From Euryarchaeota archaeon UBA561 (GTDB taxonomy: Archaea > Thermoplasmatota > Poseidoniia > Poseidoniales > Poseidoniaceae), in NCBI GenBank assembly GCA_002502295.1, contig DANX01000012.1:1-50984 (forward strand): DNA of 50,984 bases. Direction: 5' to 3'. This document shows positions 1 to 8,896 of the stretch, piece after piece (positions within the stretch are counted from its first letter, which is position 1; the number at the start of each line of letters is the position of its first letter). The position numbers and the translations under genes were made by a program. The notes beneath the pieces are model-generated. The model saw nothing but the letters and a program-made list of their open reading frames with translations, had not been told where the DNA came from and searched no databases.

Positions 1-1128
1 ATCAAATGATTTTTCGAGATGACCGTTCAACGACCAACTCCTTATTTCTGAAGTACCCCCTCCTGCGGCTTCTTTCATGTGGACCTTGAAACGCAACAGG
101 GGGTAATCCGCCGAATTGATCATGCCCAAATCCGCCCAAGTTGCGGTGAGGCGCTCAAACCCTGGAACAGGCGTGTTTGTTGCTGCGTCAAGAACTTGCC
201 ATTCAAACACAGAACCAGGATACACGAAGGCATCCATGTGCAGCATACCGTGCATCAGGTTTTCTCCTCGGCCAAGCAGCGTCGGTCCAAACGGCTCAGA
301 CGTCCAGTTTCCTTCACCGGTTCCGGAACCGCCCGAGGGCGTTATGACAATGTCATCAACCCAAGCGGTGTCTGAACCAGAGTTGACGCTTCCATCTTTG
401 GAGTACTTCCAAGTCAGCGTTTGGGCAGTTGCCGGTATGGTGAAGGCTTGTTGCGCGTTGTTTACCGTTCCAGACCATCGGTAGCTGTACCCGGAACTCC
501 TCGAGCAACCGGTGTTGTCAATGCAAAAGAGAAGGTAATCAAAACTCGATTCGGAAGAAACGCTGTACTGGAAGGTACCGGTGGCCGCAGGAATCTGAGA
601 AACATCCAACGTCATGCGTGTTTCTTGGCTGTGGCTGATCGTGCCTGCTTTGGCCAGTTGAGCACCCCCAAGACGGGTGTCTGCTCGAATGGCCCAGTTT
701 GAAGTTCCAGCAAGACTCCACTCGGGCGGTGCTAGCGTACCGGATTCAAAATCATACCTCCAATCTTGAGGTAGAATTTGAAGTGAGGATTTGTTTACAT
801 CCATTCCGTCGTAGAGAGCATTGCCATCAAAATCACCGACATCCGTCAGTTGGCTGGCCATGGAACTGCCGAGCGACCCTGCACTGATATCGACGTCCAA
901 CGACTTGATTGAATGCCCATCAGGTACGTTGAACTCCACACGTTGATTGGCGCCATCTGGCCATGAACCAATCGTCAGTTTTTGTGCTTGCCCGAGGGGT
1001 GTCGTCTCCATTTCGGTGGACTGCTCACGCAGAGGAGCGGTTTCGTGGTGTGTTGGTGGAACCAACGAAACGAGGAATAAGAGAACCAAACCGCAAGCCA
1101 AAGCGGATGCGCGAATGCCTTGGCTCAT
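1..1128 (-). CDS. Exported protein, N-terminal 376 codons only (the ORF continues past the left edge of the window)
   Basis: Manual minus-strand translation from the ATG at 1128-1126 gives MSQGIRASALACGLVLLFLVSLVPP... and stays open in frame to position 1. It is absent from the ORF track because no stop lies in the window. The N-terminus is hydrophobic, like a signal peptide. A beta-rich region follows (FQYSVSSESSFDYLLFCID...LTWKYSKDGS...DTAWVDDIVI) that looks like a jelly-roll binding domain. No precise family assigned. Confidence 0.6.
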   Translation of the reverse strand, partial: MSQGIRASALACGLVLLFLVSLVPPTHHETAPLREQSTEMETTPLGQAQKLTIGSWPDGANQRVEFNVPDGHSIKSLDVDISAGSLGSSMASQLTDVGDFDGNALYDGMDVNKSSLQILPQDWRYDFESGTLAPPEWSLAGTSNWAIRADTRLGGAQLAKAGTISHSQETRMTLDVSQIPAATGTFQYSVSSESSFDYLLFCIDNTGCSRSSGYSYRWSGTVNNAQQAFTIPATAQTLTWKYSKDGSVNSGSDTAWVDDIVITPSGGSGTGEGNWTSEPFGPTLLGRGENLMHGMLHMDAFVYPGSVFEWQVLDAATNTPVPGFERLTATWADLGMINSADYPLLRFKVHMKEAAGGGTSEIRSWSLNGHLEKSFD

Positions 1129-1225
1129 GGTTCCCACGAACCCCTTCAAGGTCTAAAGGGTTGGGACTTTCGGGCATGACCAGATTTAAGCGAAAGTCCA
1201 TAGATGGCGAACTTAAGGCATTTCC

Positions 1226-1915
1226 ATGGATGTTGAGGCTTTGAAAGAGGAAGCGGGGATCGCTGCATGCAGATACGTTGCAGAAGGGATGCATGTCGGG
1301 CTGGGTACAGGCTCAACCGTGAAGTACACCATCCTTGAGCTGGGTCGTCGTGTTCGTGAAGAAGGCTTGTCCATTGTCGGAGTACCAACGTCGGTCGCCA
1401 CTCGAAACCTCGCAAACGAGGTGGGCATTCCCCTTGCGAACCTTGACGAACTCAACGGACTTGATGTGGTGATAGATGGCACGGATGAATTTGACCCGTC
1501 GTTCCAATTGATCAAAGGCGGTGGGGCCGCTTTGCTGCGGGAAAAAGTCGTGGCTCAGGCTTCAAAAATGATGGTGGTCGTGGCGGACGATCGAAAAAAA
1601 GTGGCAACTTTGGGAGCCTTTCCATTACCCATTGAGATCACGCCCTTTTCATTTAACACCACGAAACGGGCCATTGCGTCTGTTCTCGGTTGCGAAGTAA
1701 ACATGCGAATGAAAAACGATGAACTTCTCAAGACCGACAACGGAAATTACATCGCTGATGCGCACACGGGGCCAACCATCTCCAACCCTGAAACAATGGA
1801 GCAACGATTGCTAGACCTCGCAGGCGTGGTCCAAGTCGGTTTGTTCAACAACATGTGCAGTGTCGTTGTTATGGCCTCCGACACGGGCGTTTCCATCTTG
1901 ACAAAGAATGATTGA
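1226..1915 (+). CDS. rpiA: Ribose-5-phosphate isomerase A
   Basis: 229 aa. Contains GLGTGSTVKY, VPTS, DGTDEFDP and LIKGGGAALLREK, which are typical RpiA motifs. Divergent from the exported protein gene. Confidence 0.9.
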   Translation: MDVEALKEEAGIAACRYVAEGMHVGLGTGSTVKYTILELGRRVREEGLSIVGVPTSVATRNLANEVGIPLANLDELNGLDVVIDGTDEFDPSFQLIKGGGAALLREKVVAQASKMMVVVADDRKKVATLGAFPLPIEITPFSFNTTKRAIASVLGCEVNMRMKNDELLKTDNGNYIADAHTGPTISNPETMEQRLLDLAGVVQVGLFNNMCSVVVMASDTGVSILTKND

Positions 1916-1944
1916 ACCATTTCCAAAACCACACTGCATCAAGC

Positions 1945-1952
1945 ATTAAATA
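1945..1952 (+). promoter_or_regulatory. Candidate archaeal TATA box for tRNA-Lys
   Basis: ATTAAATA is centred about 25 nt upstream of the first tRNA nucleotide (1974), which is the classical archaeal TATA-to-TSS spacing. Confidence 0.4.
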
Positions 1953-1973
1953 GACGCGGCAAAAGGCCGGAGT

Positions 1974-2050
1974 GGGCCTGTAGCTTAGTCAGGTAGAGCG
2001 ACGGACTCTTAATCCGTCGGTCGCGGGTTCGAACCCCGTCAGGCCCGCCA
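1974..2050 (+). tRNA. tRNA-Lys (anticodon CUU), CCA encoded
   Basis: Hand-folded cloverleaf. Acceptor GGGCCTG/CAGGCCC. D stem GCTT/GAGC. Anticodon stem ACGGA/TCCGT with loop CTCTTAA (anticodon CTT). T stem GCGGG/CCCGT with loop TTCGAAC. Discriminator G followed by CCA. Confidence 0.9.
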
Positions 2051-2347
2051 TCATCCTTCGTTCCATTTCCCACGGACTGCCTCGAGTGAAACCGGACCGA
2101 AATTGTGGGAATCTTCGCTGGCAAGCGGATCGGGATTATCGCCGACGAGGAAAAGACGACCATCGGGTTCAACCCGGAGAATTCGTTTGACCATTAACAC
2201 ATCGGGCTTAAACGGGTGTGAGACGAGAACCACGTCTCCTTTCCCGAGCGGAAGGTCGTAAACCGTGGTAAACTCAACGAGTTCATCGCTTGAGAAGGTC
2301 GGCCACATGCTATCACCTTGGATGCGGACATCCACGGCGGTGTTCAT
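2051..2347 (-). CDS. sodX: Ni-SOD maturation protease SodX (S26 signal-peptidase-like)
   Basis: 98 aa. GDSMWPT carries the Ser nucleophile, MVKRI the Lys, and GDNPD...SEDSHNFGPV is the S24/S26 box. It lies 9 nt downstream of sodN on the same strand. Confidence 0.8.
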   Translation of the reverse strand: MNTAVDVRIQGDSMWPTFSSDELVEFTTVYDLPLGKGDVVLVSHPFKPDVLMVKRILRVEPDGRLFLVGDNPDPLASEDSHNFGPVSLEAVRGKWNEG

Positions 2348-2356
2348 TGGACTCCC

Positions 2357-2797
2357 TCAGGATGCACGCGTCCAAGGAACTTCTCGGCCTTTGGCGGACC
2401 AGAACATGTGGTGAACGGCCTCGCAGGCGTCCATGAGTTCTTGCGCGTGATCTGCCGAAACTTCCACCTTGCAAGCTGAGCAAAGTTTGGCTGCATGCCA
2501 AAACGTATCGTGGAGATCGGGAATGGTTTCAAGGTGTTGTGGCTTAAAGAAATCCGTCCACAACACGAGCAGTTCATCCTTGCACTTCTGAGCTTCCTCT
2601 TCCTTCACGAGGGCATATCGAGACATCGTGTTCATGTAGGCGGCCATAGCAGCTGGATCACTGGTGTCTGGACACGACATGGCGAGCATCTTCTTTGTCA
2701 TGGATTGGACCGCTTCGGCGGCAATCCGAGCGCTGGCTGGGTCGTACACGCCACAGGGGGCATCGCAATGGGCTTCGGCAACAATGGGGGTCTTCAT
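2357..2797 (-). CDS. sodN: Nickel superoxide dismutase precursor
   Basis: 146 aa. A 9-aa leader (MKTPIVAEA) is followed by HCDAPCGVYDP, the Ni-hook H-C-x-x-P-C-G-x-Y. The remainder looks like a four-helix-bundle sequence. Confidence 0.92.
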   Translation of the reverse strand: MKTPIVAEAHCDAPCGVYDPASARIAAEAVQSMTKKMLAMSCPDTSDPAAMAAYMNTMSRYALVKEEEAQKCKDELLVLWTDFFKPQHLETIPDLHDTFWHAAKLCSACKVEVSADHAQELMDACEAVHHMFWSAKGREVPWTRAS

Positions 2798-2853
2798 GAT
2801 TTACCCGAGGCGCTTGAACCATATGAACATGATTCCTCACCCGAGGCAGAATC

Positions 2854-3774
2854 TTAGGTTGTAATCGTGGTTCCTTGTTCCCCTCGGAGGGCTTCAAGAA
2901 CATGCCCTGGTGAGCACAAAACAGCCATTCCATTCTCCGATTTCTCCACGTACTCACAAAGCGCTTTGACCTTTGGACCCATCGAGCCTTGAGGAAATTC
3001 ACCTGCTCTGTCCATGGCCTCGGCATCTTTTAGATCCATGGTTCGAAGGGCCTCAGCGTCTGGCGTACCGAAGGAACGGTAGATTGCGTCAGCCTCCGTG
3101 CTGATGATGAGCGCATCGGCCTTGAGACCCTGTGCCAGCAACGATGAAAAATGATCTTTGTCAACTACAGCGGGCACGCCTCTGAGGTGTTCACCGATTC
3201 TGCAGGTTGGAATTCCACCACCGCCACCGCAAAAGACAACGGCTCGAAGGTCAACGAGATGGCGAATCACGTCAAGTTCTTGAATCCGAAGAGGGCGTGG
3301 ACTGGCAACAACCCTTCGGGGACCATGAACCGTTTCTGCGATGTCCCAATCGGCTGACATGACGGTCTGAGCATCAAGGATTGGGCCGACGGGTTTGGTC
3401 GGCCAATCAAAGGCCTCGTCGTTTTGGTCAACTTCTACATGCGTCAACACAACCGCCGTCCGTTCTGGCCGACGCCTTCGCTCAAGAATGCCTTGCAGAT
3501 GCAGGGATAGTTCGTGGCCGATCATGCCTTGCGTCGCCGCCACCCAATCGTCAAGGGTCTGCGTGTGGTCTTCGTCAAGTGCAAGGAGATGGCCAACCTG
3601 GGGGCCATTTCCGTGGGTGACAACAACGCTCCAATCCATTTCCAACAGGTCGATGACGTCGCTCATCACTCTTGCAAGGACTTCTGCGGATTGTTGAGGA
3701 GAACCGGTTGGCGATTGCAGAGCATTGCCGCCGAGAGCATAAACTGCGGTCTTTCTCACGGCTTCACCTCTCAC
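2854..3774 (-). CDS. arcC: Carbamate kinase
   Basis: 306 aa. Contains ALGGNAL, VVTHGNGPQVG, PTKPVGP, RRVVASPRP, CGGGGGIP, VVDKD and GSMGPKV, all hallmark carbamate kinase motifs. Confidence 0.88.
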   Translation of the reverse strand: MRGEAVRKTAVYALGGNALQSPTGSPQQSAEVLARVMSDVIDLLEMDWSVVVTHGNGPQVGHLLALDEDHTQTLDDWVAATQGMIGHELSLHLQGILERRRRPERTAVVLTHVEVDQNDEAFDWPTKPVGPILDAQTVMSADWDIAETVHGPRRVVASPRPLRIQELDVIRHLVDLRAVVFCGGGGGIPTCRIGEHLRGVPAVVDKDHFSSLLAQGLKADALIISTEADAIYRSFGTPDAEALRTMDLKDAEAMDRAGEFPQGSMGPKVKALCEYVEKSENGMAVLCSPGHVLEALRGEQGTTITT

Positions 3775-3883
3775 CGAACGGTTTTGACCCTTTGCACGAT
3801 ATCAAGGATTTGAGCATGAATTTCCAAGGAGAGAAAGGGAGACATTCACATAGGCTGAGCGGGTGGCAACAGACGGTGAGAAC

Positions 3884-5251
3884 ATGGTCAAGACCACATG
3901 GATAGGCGATGTGCAAAAAGGTCAATACAACGGCAAAGAGGTCGAATTGATGGGTTGGATTAAGCGGGAACGCGGCAGCAACAAGCTTCGGTTTATCGTG
4001 CTCCGAGACTCCACCGGAAGCATACAGTGCGTCGGTAAACTCGATGCTCTTGGCGAAAAATCGTTCAACCTTCTCAAAGGAATACTCATCGAAACAAGTG
4101 TCATTTTGAAGGGCGTCGTATCCGCCTCAGAAAAGGCACCGGGCGGGCATGAATTACAAATTTCATCTATGGAAATTGTTGGAGGTGTGAATTCTGAACG
4201 ACCGTTCCCAATAAACGAGGATTCGCTCAGGGTGGTTGACGAAAACGGATCACCGCTTTACGGAGGCTCAGAATTCCTCCTTAACCATCGCCACCTCTAC
4301 CTTCGAGTTGGTCGCCAAACAACCATGCTCAAATTGCGAAGTTCAGCCTTCGGAGCAATTCACAACTACTTCCGAGGCCAAGAATTCATCGAATACCAAG
4401 CACCAAACTTCGTTGCGGGTGCGGTTGAAGGCGGCTCAACGTTGTTTGAGGTGCCTTATTTCCAAGACGAGGACAACCCAGACCAGAAAGTCTACCTGAC
4501 CCAGTCTTGGCAACTTTACGCTGAAGCCGCTATGCCTGCTCTCGAACGCCTCTACACGATTGCTCCCTCGTTCCGAGCGGAACAGTCACGCACCAGAAGG
4601 CACCTAACCGAGTTCTGGCACGCCGAAATGGAAATGGCTTGGGCGAACAACAACGACATCATGGTTCACGGTGAAGGCGTTGTTCGCCACATCGCAAAGA
4701 CCATGCTCGATGAATGTGAACAAGAACTTACATCCATTGACCGCGACCTCGACCTCGTCGCACGGTATGCGGACAACCCATACCCTCGAATGCGGTACGA
4801 CGAAGCGGTTGAAATCCTCCAAGGAAAGGGTGTCAAGATAGAGTGGGGAGAAGACTTGGACCACTCCAAAGAATCCGTCTTGACCAAAGATTTTGACGTA
4901 CCTCACTTCCTAACTCACTACCCAAAAATCGCTAAACCATTCTATCATCGCGTGGACCCTGACGACGAGAAGTACGTGCTGTGCCACGACCTGTTGGCTC
5001 CAGAAGGCTACGGAGAAATCATTGGCGGTGGAGAACGAACGTGGACTGAGAAAGAGATTTTGGAACGCATTGATGAAGAAGGAACACCTCGCGACCCTTA
5101 CCAATTCTACATTGATGTGAGGTCATATGGCGGCGTGCCGCACGGCGGCTTCGGGCTTGGAGTGGATCGGGTCGTCAGTTGGCTTGCTGGGGCAACGAGC
5201 ATTCGGGAAGTTATTCCCTTCCCGCGTACTTCTCGCCGCTTTACACCGTGA
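3884..5251 (+). CDS. asnS: Asparaginyl-tRNA synthetase (class IIb)
   Basis: An OB-fold N-terminus (GWIKRERGSNKLRFIVLRDSTGSIQ) is followed by FRAEQSRTRRHLTEFWHAEMEMAW, GGGER and GGFGLGVDR. The FRAExS..RRHL.EFW pattern favours AsnRS over AspRS. The track ORF starts at a GTG at 3863. I prefer the ATG at 3884 (MVKTTW...). Confidence 0.85.
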   Translation: MVKTTWIGDVQKGQYNGKEVELMGWIKRERGSNKLRFIVLRDSTGSIQCVGKLDALGEKSFNLLKGILIETSVILKGVVSASEKAPGGHELQISSMEIVGGVNSERPFPINEDSLRVVDENGSPLYGGSEFLLNHRHLYLRVGRQTTMLKLRSSAFGAIHNYFRGQEFIEYQAPNFVAGAVEGGSTLFEVPYFQDEDNPDQKVYLTQSWQLYAEAAMPALERLYTIAPSFRAEQSRTRRHLTEFWHAEMEMAWANNNDIMVHGEGVVRHIAKTMLDECEQELTSIDRDLDLVARYADNPYPRMRYDEAVEILQGKGVKIEWGEDLDHSKESVLTKDFDVPHFLTHYPKIAKPFYHRVDPDDEKYVLCHDLLAPEGYGEIIGGGERTWTEKEILERIDEEGTPRDPYQFYIDVRSYGGVPHGGFGLGVDRVVSWLAGATSIREVIPFPRTSRRFTP

Positions 5252-5356
5252 TCACAGAAGGATTTCACCGCACATCGGGCACGGCATGCCCGGAACAAAG
5301 GCCCCGAGCAAAAATCCACAGTGCGGGCAGATGGACATCAGGTCATCAATCACCAT
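5252..5356 (-). CDS. 34-aa zinc-ribbon microprotein (two CPxCG knuckles), not in the ORF track
   Basis: Manual translation gives MVIDDLMSICPHCGFLLGAFVPGMPCPMCGEILL*. A GGAGAGGTG Shine-Dalgarno-like sequence lies 6 nt upstream of the ATG. The ORF fills an otherwise empty gap in a tightly packed region. Confidence 0.6.
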   Translation of the reverse strand: MVIDDLMSICPHCGFLLGAFVPGMPCPMCGEILL

Positions 5357-5382
5357 GGCGAACACCTCTCCAGCCTTGTCAA

Positions 5383-6144
5383 TCAAGGTTTTGGCAGTCC
5401 AAAGTGTTCACAGATTTGATTGAGCACGAGATGGAGATCTTTCTCTTTAATGACATGATGAGCGTACTCCCTGGGTCGGTCATCCCATGGATTGAACAAA
5501 ATGGCACACCCACTTTCCCCGAACATGCCAACATCACCCATTGAATCACCAACGGAAGCCGTGGCGTCTTTGGACACACCCAGACGGCGCTGAAGCATCT
5601 TAACAATGGCTCCTTTCCCGTTCATTTGAACTTGGTAGCGGCCGAAATCACCAATGCCTTCAGGTGTGGTTCCATCGTTGGTTTCTACCAACCATCCATT
5701 GGTGAACACATGGAGTTTGGAATCCAGGCCCTCGGCTTGCTCGAAAGCCGTGTGGCGGTCAATTCCCCCCCATCTTCGGCGCCACGGCTCACCGGAAGGA
5801 AAGGCTGCTGCAATGTCCCTGGCCGTTTTTTGAAGGCCACCACTGACAATGGCGACGTGTACATCGTGGTCGAGCAAGTGTTGAATCAATGCACGCCATC
5901 CATTCATCATCGGCATACCTGCCATTAAACTCCGAAGTCGCTCGTCGGTGATGTTTCCACCGGGGGCTGACTTGATGAGCGCCAAATCAAGTTTAATCCA
6001 CTCCCATTCATTCAGCAGACCTTGGTTGTAAAGTTCGAATGATTCATCGTTGTTGATGCCGAGTTGGTCATAGACGTATTGCCACGTCGACAGGTGGTCC
6101 ACTAAGACGCGGTCCATGTCCAAACAAACCAAATGGCCTCCCAC
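5383..6144 (-). CDS. HAD-superfamily phosphatase (subfamily IB / phosphoserine-phosphatase-like)
   Basis: Motif I is LVCLDMDRVLVD, the middle motif is VAIVSGG, and the C-terminal motif is SVGDSMGDVGMF. The longest track ORF (to 6192) overlaps the upstream GT gene by 44 nt. An in-frame GTG at 6144, preceded by AGGGGAG, removes that overlap. Confidence 0.75.
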   Translation of the reverse strand: MGGHLVCLDMDRVLVDHLSTWQYVYDQLGINNDESFELYNQGLLNEWEWIKLDLALIKSAPGGNITDERLRSLMAGMPMMNGWRALIQHLLDHDVHVAIVSGGLQKTARDIAAAFPSGEPWRRRWGGIDRHTAFEQAEGLDSKLHVFTNGWLVETNDGTTPEGIGDFGRYQVQMNGKGAIVKMLQRRLGVSKDATASVGDSMGDVGMFGESGCAILFNPWDDRPREYAHHVIKEKDLHLVLNQICEHFGLPKP

Positions 6145-6148
6145 TGAA

Positions 6149-7027
6149 TCAACTCCCCTTCGGCCAGTTGTACTGGTTCTGAATACGAGCAACCTGCTTC
6201 CCCATGATGTAAAGGATGAGAGCGACCATCATGGCAAAGAGACCGATCAAGGTCATGGCAATCGTGATGAGTGTCACGCCGATCGATGTCGAGTTAAGTT
6301 CAGTAAACATGGTGGCGAGGTCACCTGAGAGACGGTAGCCCAAGACAAACAACACAACTCCAGGTATGCCAAACAACAGCAAGGGATGCTTCGATTCCAA
6401 CATCCAGTAAAAGAGCTGAGCAAAGCGAGACGCCGTGGCAAGCGATTGGCGTTGGGGCAGTTGGATGGGAGCATCGCTCTTCACAAATCGGACTCGAATC
6501 TCATCTGAAACATCATCGGCGGTGGCATCGTTGTCCAATTTTGCAAGGTGTCGCAGGCCATTCTCGCTTGCAATGAGGTGGCTAACGGTCGATTCCCCGA
6601 GAACCACTGAATCATCGGAACCGTTCCCTTGATTCAGCCGATACAAGTAGTGAATGTCCCACCCCTCCCGGGCTCGGTTGACGCTGAGCGGCAGTTCGGA
6701 GAGTTTCCAAACGGAGCTAATGGGGAGGAAGAGGAGAAGACCGTTGCTTAACCCACTGGATTCAGCTTGTTGAGCCAAGGCTTGAGGCGTCAAGGAACCT
6801 GAATAATCTACGACGTCGCAACCCACCTCTTTTGCGAGTTCAATGGTCTCGTCGGTCGAACCTGTATCAAACAGAACGATCTGGTTGGCGATCTCTCGGC
6901 AACGCACAACCAAGGAAACGATGCGCAATTCAATGTCCTTCGCAATGAGGACAACGCGTTCCAATGGAGGACTCACGAAACGGCTGTCGCCCGGACAGGC
7001 TATGAAACCTGTTCCAATCTCGGACAC
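6149..7027 (-). CDS. Glycosyltransferase family 2-like membrane protein
   Basis: 292 aa. VLFDTGSTDETIELAKEVGCDVV is a GT2 nucleotide-sugar fold. The C-terminus carries two TM helices (PLLLFGIPGVVLFVLGY, IGVTLITIAMTLIGLFAMMVALILYI), as in Dpm1/GtrB-type enzymes. Confidence 0.7.
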   Translation of the reverse strand: MSEIGTGFIACPGDSRFVSPPLERVVLIAKDIELRIVSLVVRCREIANQIVLFDTGSTDETIELAKEVGCDVVDYSGSLTPQALAQQAESSGLSNGLLLFLPISSVWKLSELPLSVNRAREGWDIHYLYRLNQGNGSDDSVVLGESTVSHLIASENGLRHLAKLDNDATADDVSDEIRVRFVKSDAPIQLPQRQSLATASRFAQLFYWMLESKHPLLLFGIPGVVLFVLGYRLSGDLATMFTELNSTSIGVTLITIAMTLIGLFAMMVALILYIMGKQVARIQNQYNWPKGS

Positions 7028-7079
7028 ACTGGAGCGCTTTCAAGCATAGATTGATTGGGACCACCAAGGTGGGTGAGAC

Positions 7080-8021
7080 ATGAAGCAGGGCTGGCACATC
7101 GGCGTGGTCATCCCTGCGAGGAACGAGGAAAACCACATTGTTGAGGTGCTCGAAGGACTTCCCGAAATCGTTGACGTCGCTGTGGTGGTGAACGACGGTT
7201 CAACGGATGGCACCGCCGATAAGGTCACCGATGCAACTGCATCGTGTGAGGTCATCCTCCTTCACGGACACGGAGACGGTGTCGGAGCATCCATTGACCG
7301 AGGACACAAACACTTGCTTGGTCTGTTTACTGCCCCGTTTATCAGCGTCGTTATGGCCGGTGATGGGCAAATGAATCCCAACGACATGGAGGCGTTGATT
7401 CAACCGCTGCTCGACGGCAACGCAGACCATGTCAAAGGAAACCGTGAACTCCATGCAGATGGTTTCAACGAAATGCCACAACACCGACAACGGGCATCGA
7501 GGATATTGACATGGTTCACAACACTGGCGGCTGGTCAGCCAATCAGTGACCCACAATGTGGTTTCACGGCGACGACCTCTGACGTCCTCGAGACCTGGGA
7601 CTGGAACCGTTCATGGGCAGGATACGGATACCCAAATTTTTGGTTAATCAACCTTTCAAAACAAGGTTATCGAATACGAGAAGTACCCGTTGAATCAATC
7701 TATAGAACCGAAGAAAGTGGCATCAAACCCAGCCGTTTCTTTCTCAGCGTTGGTTGGATGATGGCAGTGGAGCATCATCGTCGAAACCTCGCCTGGCTCC
7801 GTCCAAAAAATTTGACGCCACACACGCTGTTTGCTCTGATGTCGTACGTGCTAGGTTGGTCCGCCATTCTGCCGTTCCTTTCCAATGACTTGGAAGTGGA
7901 ATTGATTTCAAGGGGGTTTCCTCAAGTGGTGTTGTGCCTGTCTTTTTGGGCCATCGCGCATCTTTTTGACAGAGCAGCAACACGGGTACATCGGGAGTTG
8001 AGATTGAATGCGACGACATGA
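7080..8021 (+). CDS. Glycosyltransferase family 2 (dolichyl-phosphate hexose synthase-like)
   Basis: 313 aa. Contains VVIPARNEENHI, VVVNDGSTDGT and MAGDGQMNP (the DxD region), plus C-terminal TM helices. Divergent from the other GT2 gene. Confidence 0.8.
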   Translation: MKQGWHIGVVIPARNEENHIVEVLEGLPEIVDVAVVVNDGSTDGTADKVTDATASCEVILLHGHGDGVGASIDRGHKHLLGLFTAPFISVVMAGDGQMNPNDMEALIQPLLDGNADHVKGNRELHADGFNEMPQHRQRASRILTWFTTLAAGQPISDPQCGFTATTSDVLETWDWNRSWAGYGYPNFWLINLSKQGYRIREVPVESIYRTEESGIKPSRFFLSVGWMMAVEHHRRNLAWLRPKNLTPHTLFALMSYVLGWSAILPFLSNDLEVELISRGFPQVVLCLSFWAIAHLFDRAATRVHRELRLNATT

Positions 8022-8337
8022 CCGACGCCGAAAACCCCGCAAGGCACATGTTCGCCACATCCTGGTGGCCAATAAACCAGAGGCAAAGATGATTCTTGAT
8101 GAGATCAACGGATCAAAAAAACCGCTCCGTACCTTCAAGAAAATGGCCAAAAAATACTCAAATTGTCCCAGTGGCAGCAAAGGTGGAGATTTAGGAGAAT
8201 TCATTGAAGGACAAATGGTCCAAACCTTCGAAGATGCTGTGTGGTCTTCAGAATTGGAGGCCGTACCGCAAAACTTCATCAAAACCCAATTTGGATTTCA
8301 TGTCATTTGGGTGCACAGCATCCTGCTTCCCGAGTGA
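8008..8337 (+). CDS. Parvulin-type peptidyl-prolyl cis-trans isomerase (PpiC)
   Basis: 109 aa. Contains HILV, KKYSNCPSGSKGGDLGEF and TQFGFHVIWV, the PpiC/parvulin signature. It overlaps the GT2 stop by 14 nt. Confidence 0.85.
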   Translation: MRRHDRRRKPRKAHVRHILVANKPEAKMILDEINGSKKPLRTFKKMAKKYSNCPSGSKGGDLGEFIEGQMVQTFEDAVWSSELEAVPQNFIKTQFGFHVIWVHSILLPE

Positions 8338-8415
8338 TGGTGGGCGTACCAAGATTTGAACTTGGGTCCAAGCGTCCCAAACGCCCGAGTATAGGCCAAA
8401 CTAACCCATACGCCC
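8338..8415 (-). tRNA. tRNA-Pro (anticodon UGG), CCA encoded
   Basis: Minus-sense sequence: GGGCGTATGGGTTAGTTTGGCCTATACTCGGGCGTTTGGGACGCTTGGACCCAAGTTCAAATCTTGGTACGCCCACCA. Acceptor GGGCGTA/TACGCCC. Anticodon stem GGGCG/CGCTT with loop TTTGGGA (anticodon TGG). T stem CCAAG/CTTGG with loop TTCAAAT. The D stem is weak. The 3' end abuts the parvulin stop codon. Confidence 0.88.
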
Positions 8416-8448
8416 TTGGTCTCTGCCACGGCGTCTCACCTATGAACT

Positions 8449-8886
8449 TCACTCAAAGAACATCCAGCGCCCGTTGGGCAAGCGAAGAACAACACCCTCA
8501 ACTTCCGCTTGCTCCATGAGGCCGTCCGTGGGCATGTGAACGTCCTTCTTTTCCAGATGTTTCTGGACGGTTGAAAAGTCGATGGTGTCGTCAGCATCTG
8601 CCAGTGACCTCAACTCTCGCAACAAAGACCGTGGAGAAATGTCCCCCGATGCCTCGGCAGGAGATGTTTTGGACAGCCTGCTCTGCAGTTCACCCCTCAA
8701 GGCATCGGGAGTGTTGGCCAAACCAACCTCATGGTGGAGTTCAGCACTTGAGGTACACTCCTTCACGACTTCTGATGCCCCATCAATTTTGGAACCGCAA
8801 TGCGGACACCGACCCTGTTGCCTCCGCTGTCCAGAACATTGGCCGCACGAAACGCAACGGATGACGAGCCACCGCTGGTCGGACAC
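8449..8886 (-). CDS. Zinc-ribbon protein (DUF1922/DUF5817-like) with a C-terminal helical domain
   Basis: WLVIRCVSCGQ...(11)...CPHCGS is a CxxC..CxxC ribbon at the N-terminus. The longest ORF (to 9042) overlaps the upstream PdaD-like gene by 146 nt. An in-frame GTG at 8886 gives a non-overlapping 145-aa product. The start is uncertain. Confidence 0.55.
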   Translation of the reverse strand: MSDQRWLVIRCVSCGQCSGQRRQQGRCPHCGSKIDGASEVVKECTSSAELHHEVGLANTPDALRGELQSRLSKTSPAEASGDISPRSLLRELRSLADADDTIDFSTVQKHLEKKDVHMPTDGLMEQAEVEGVVLRLPNGRWMFFE

Positions 8887-8896
8887 TTCGCTCGCC

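Noticed and set aside
79-1294. Cluster of short overlapping plus- and minus-strand track ORFs at the left edge
   Set aside because: All are out of frame with, or antisense to, the single long minus-strand ORF (1-1128) that stays open to the window edge and has a proper signal peptide.
1974-2050. tRNA-Lys (and tRNA-Pro at 8338-8415) as possible integration sites for a mobile element
   Set aside because: There is no integrase, no duplicated tRNA 3' fragment and no compositional break nearby. The flanking genes are ordinary housekeeping genes.
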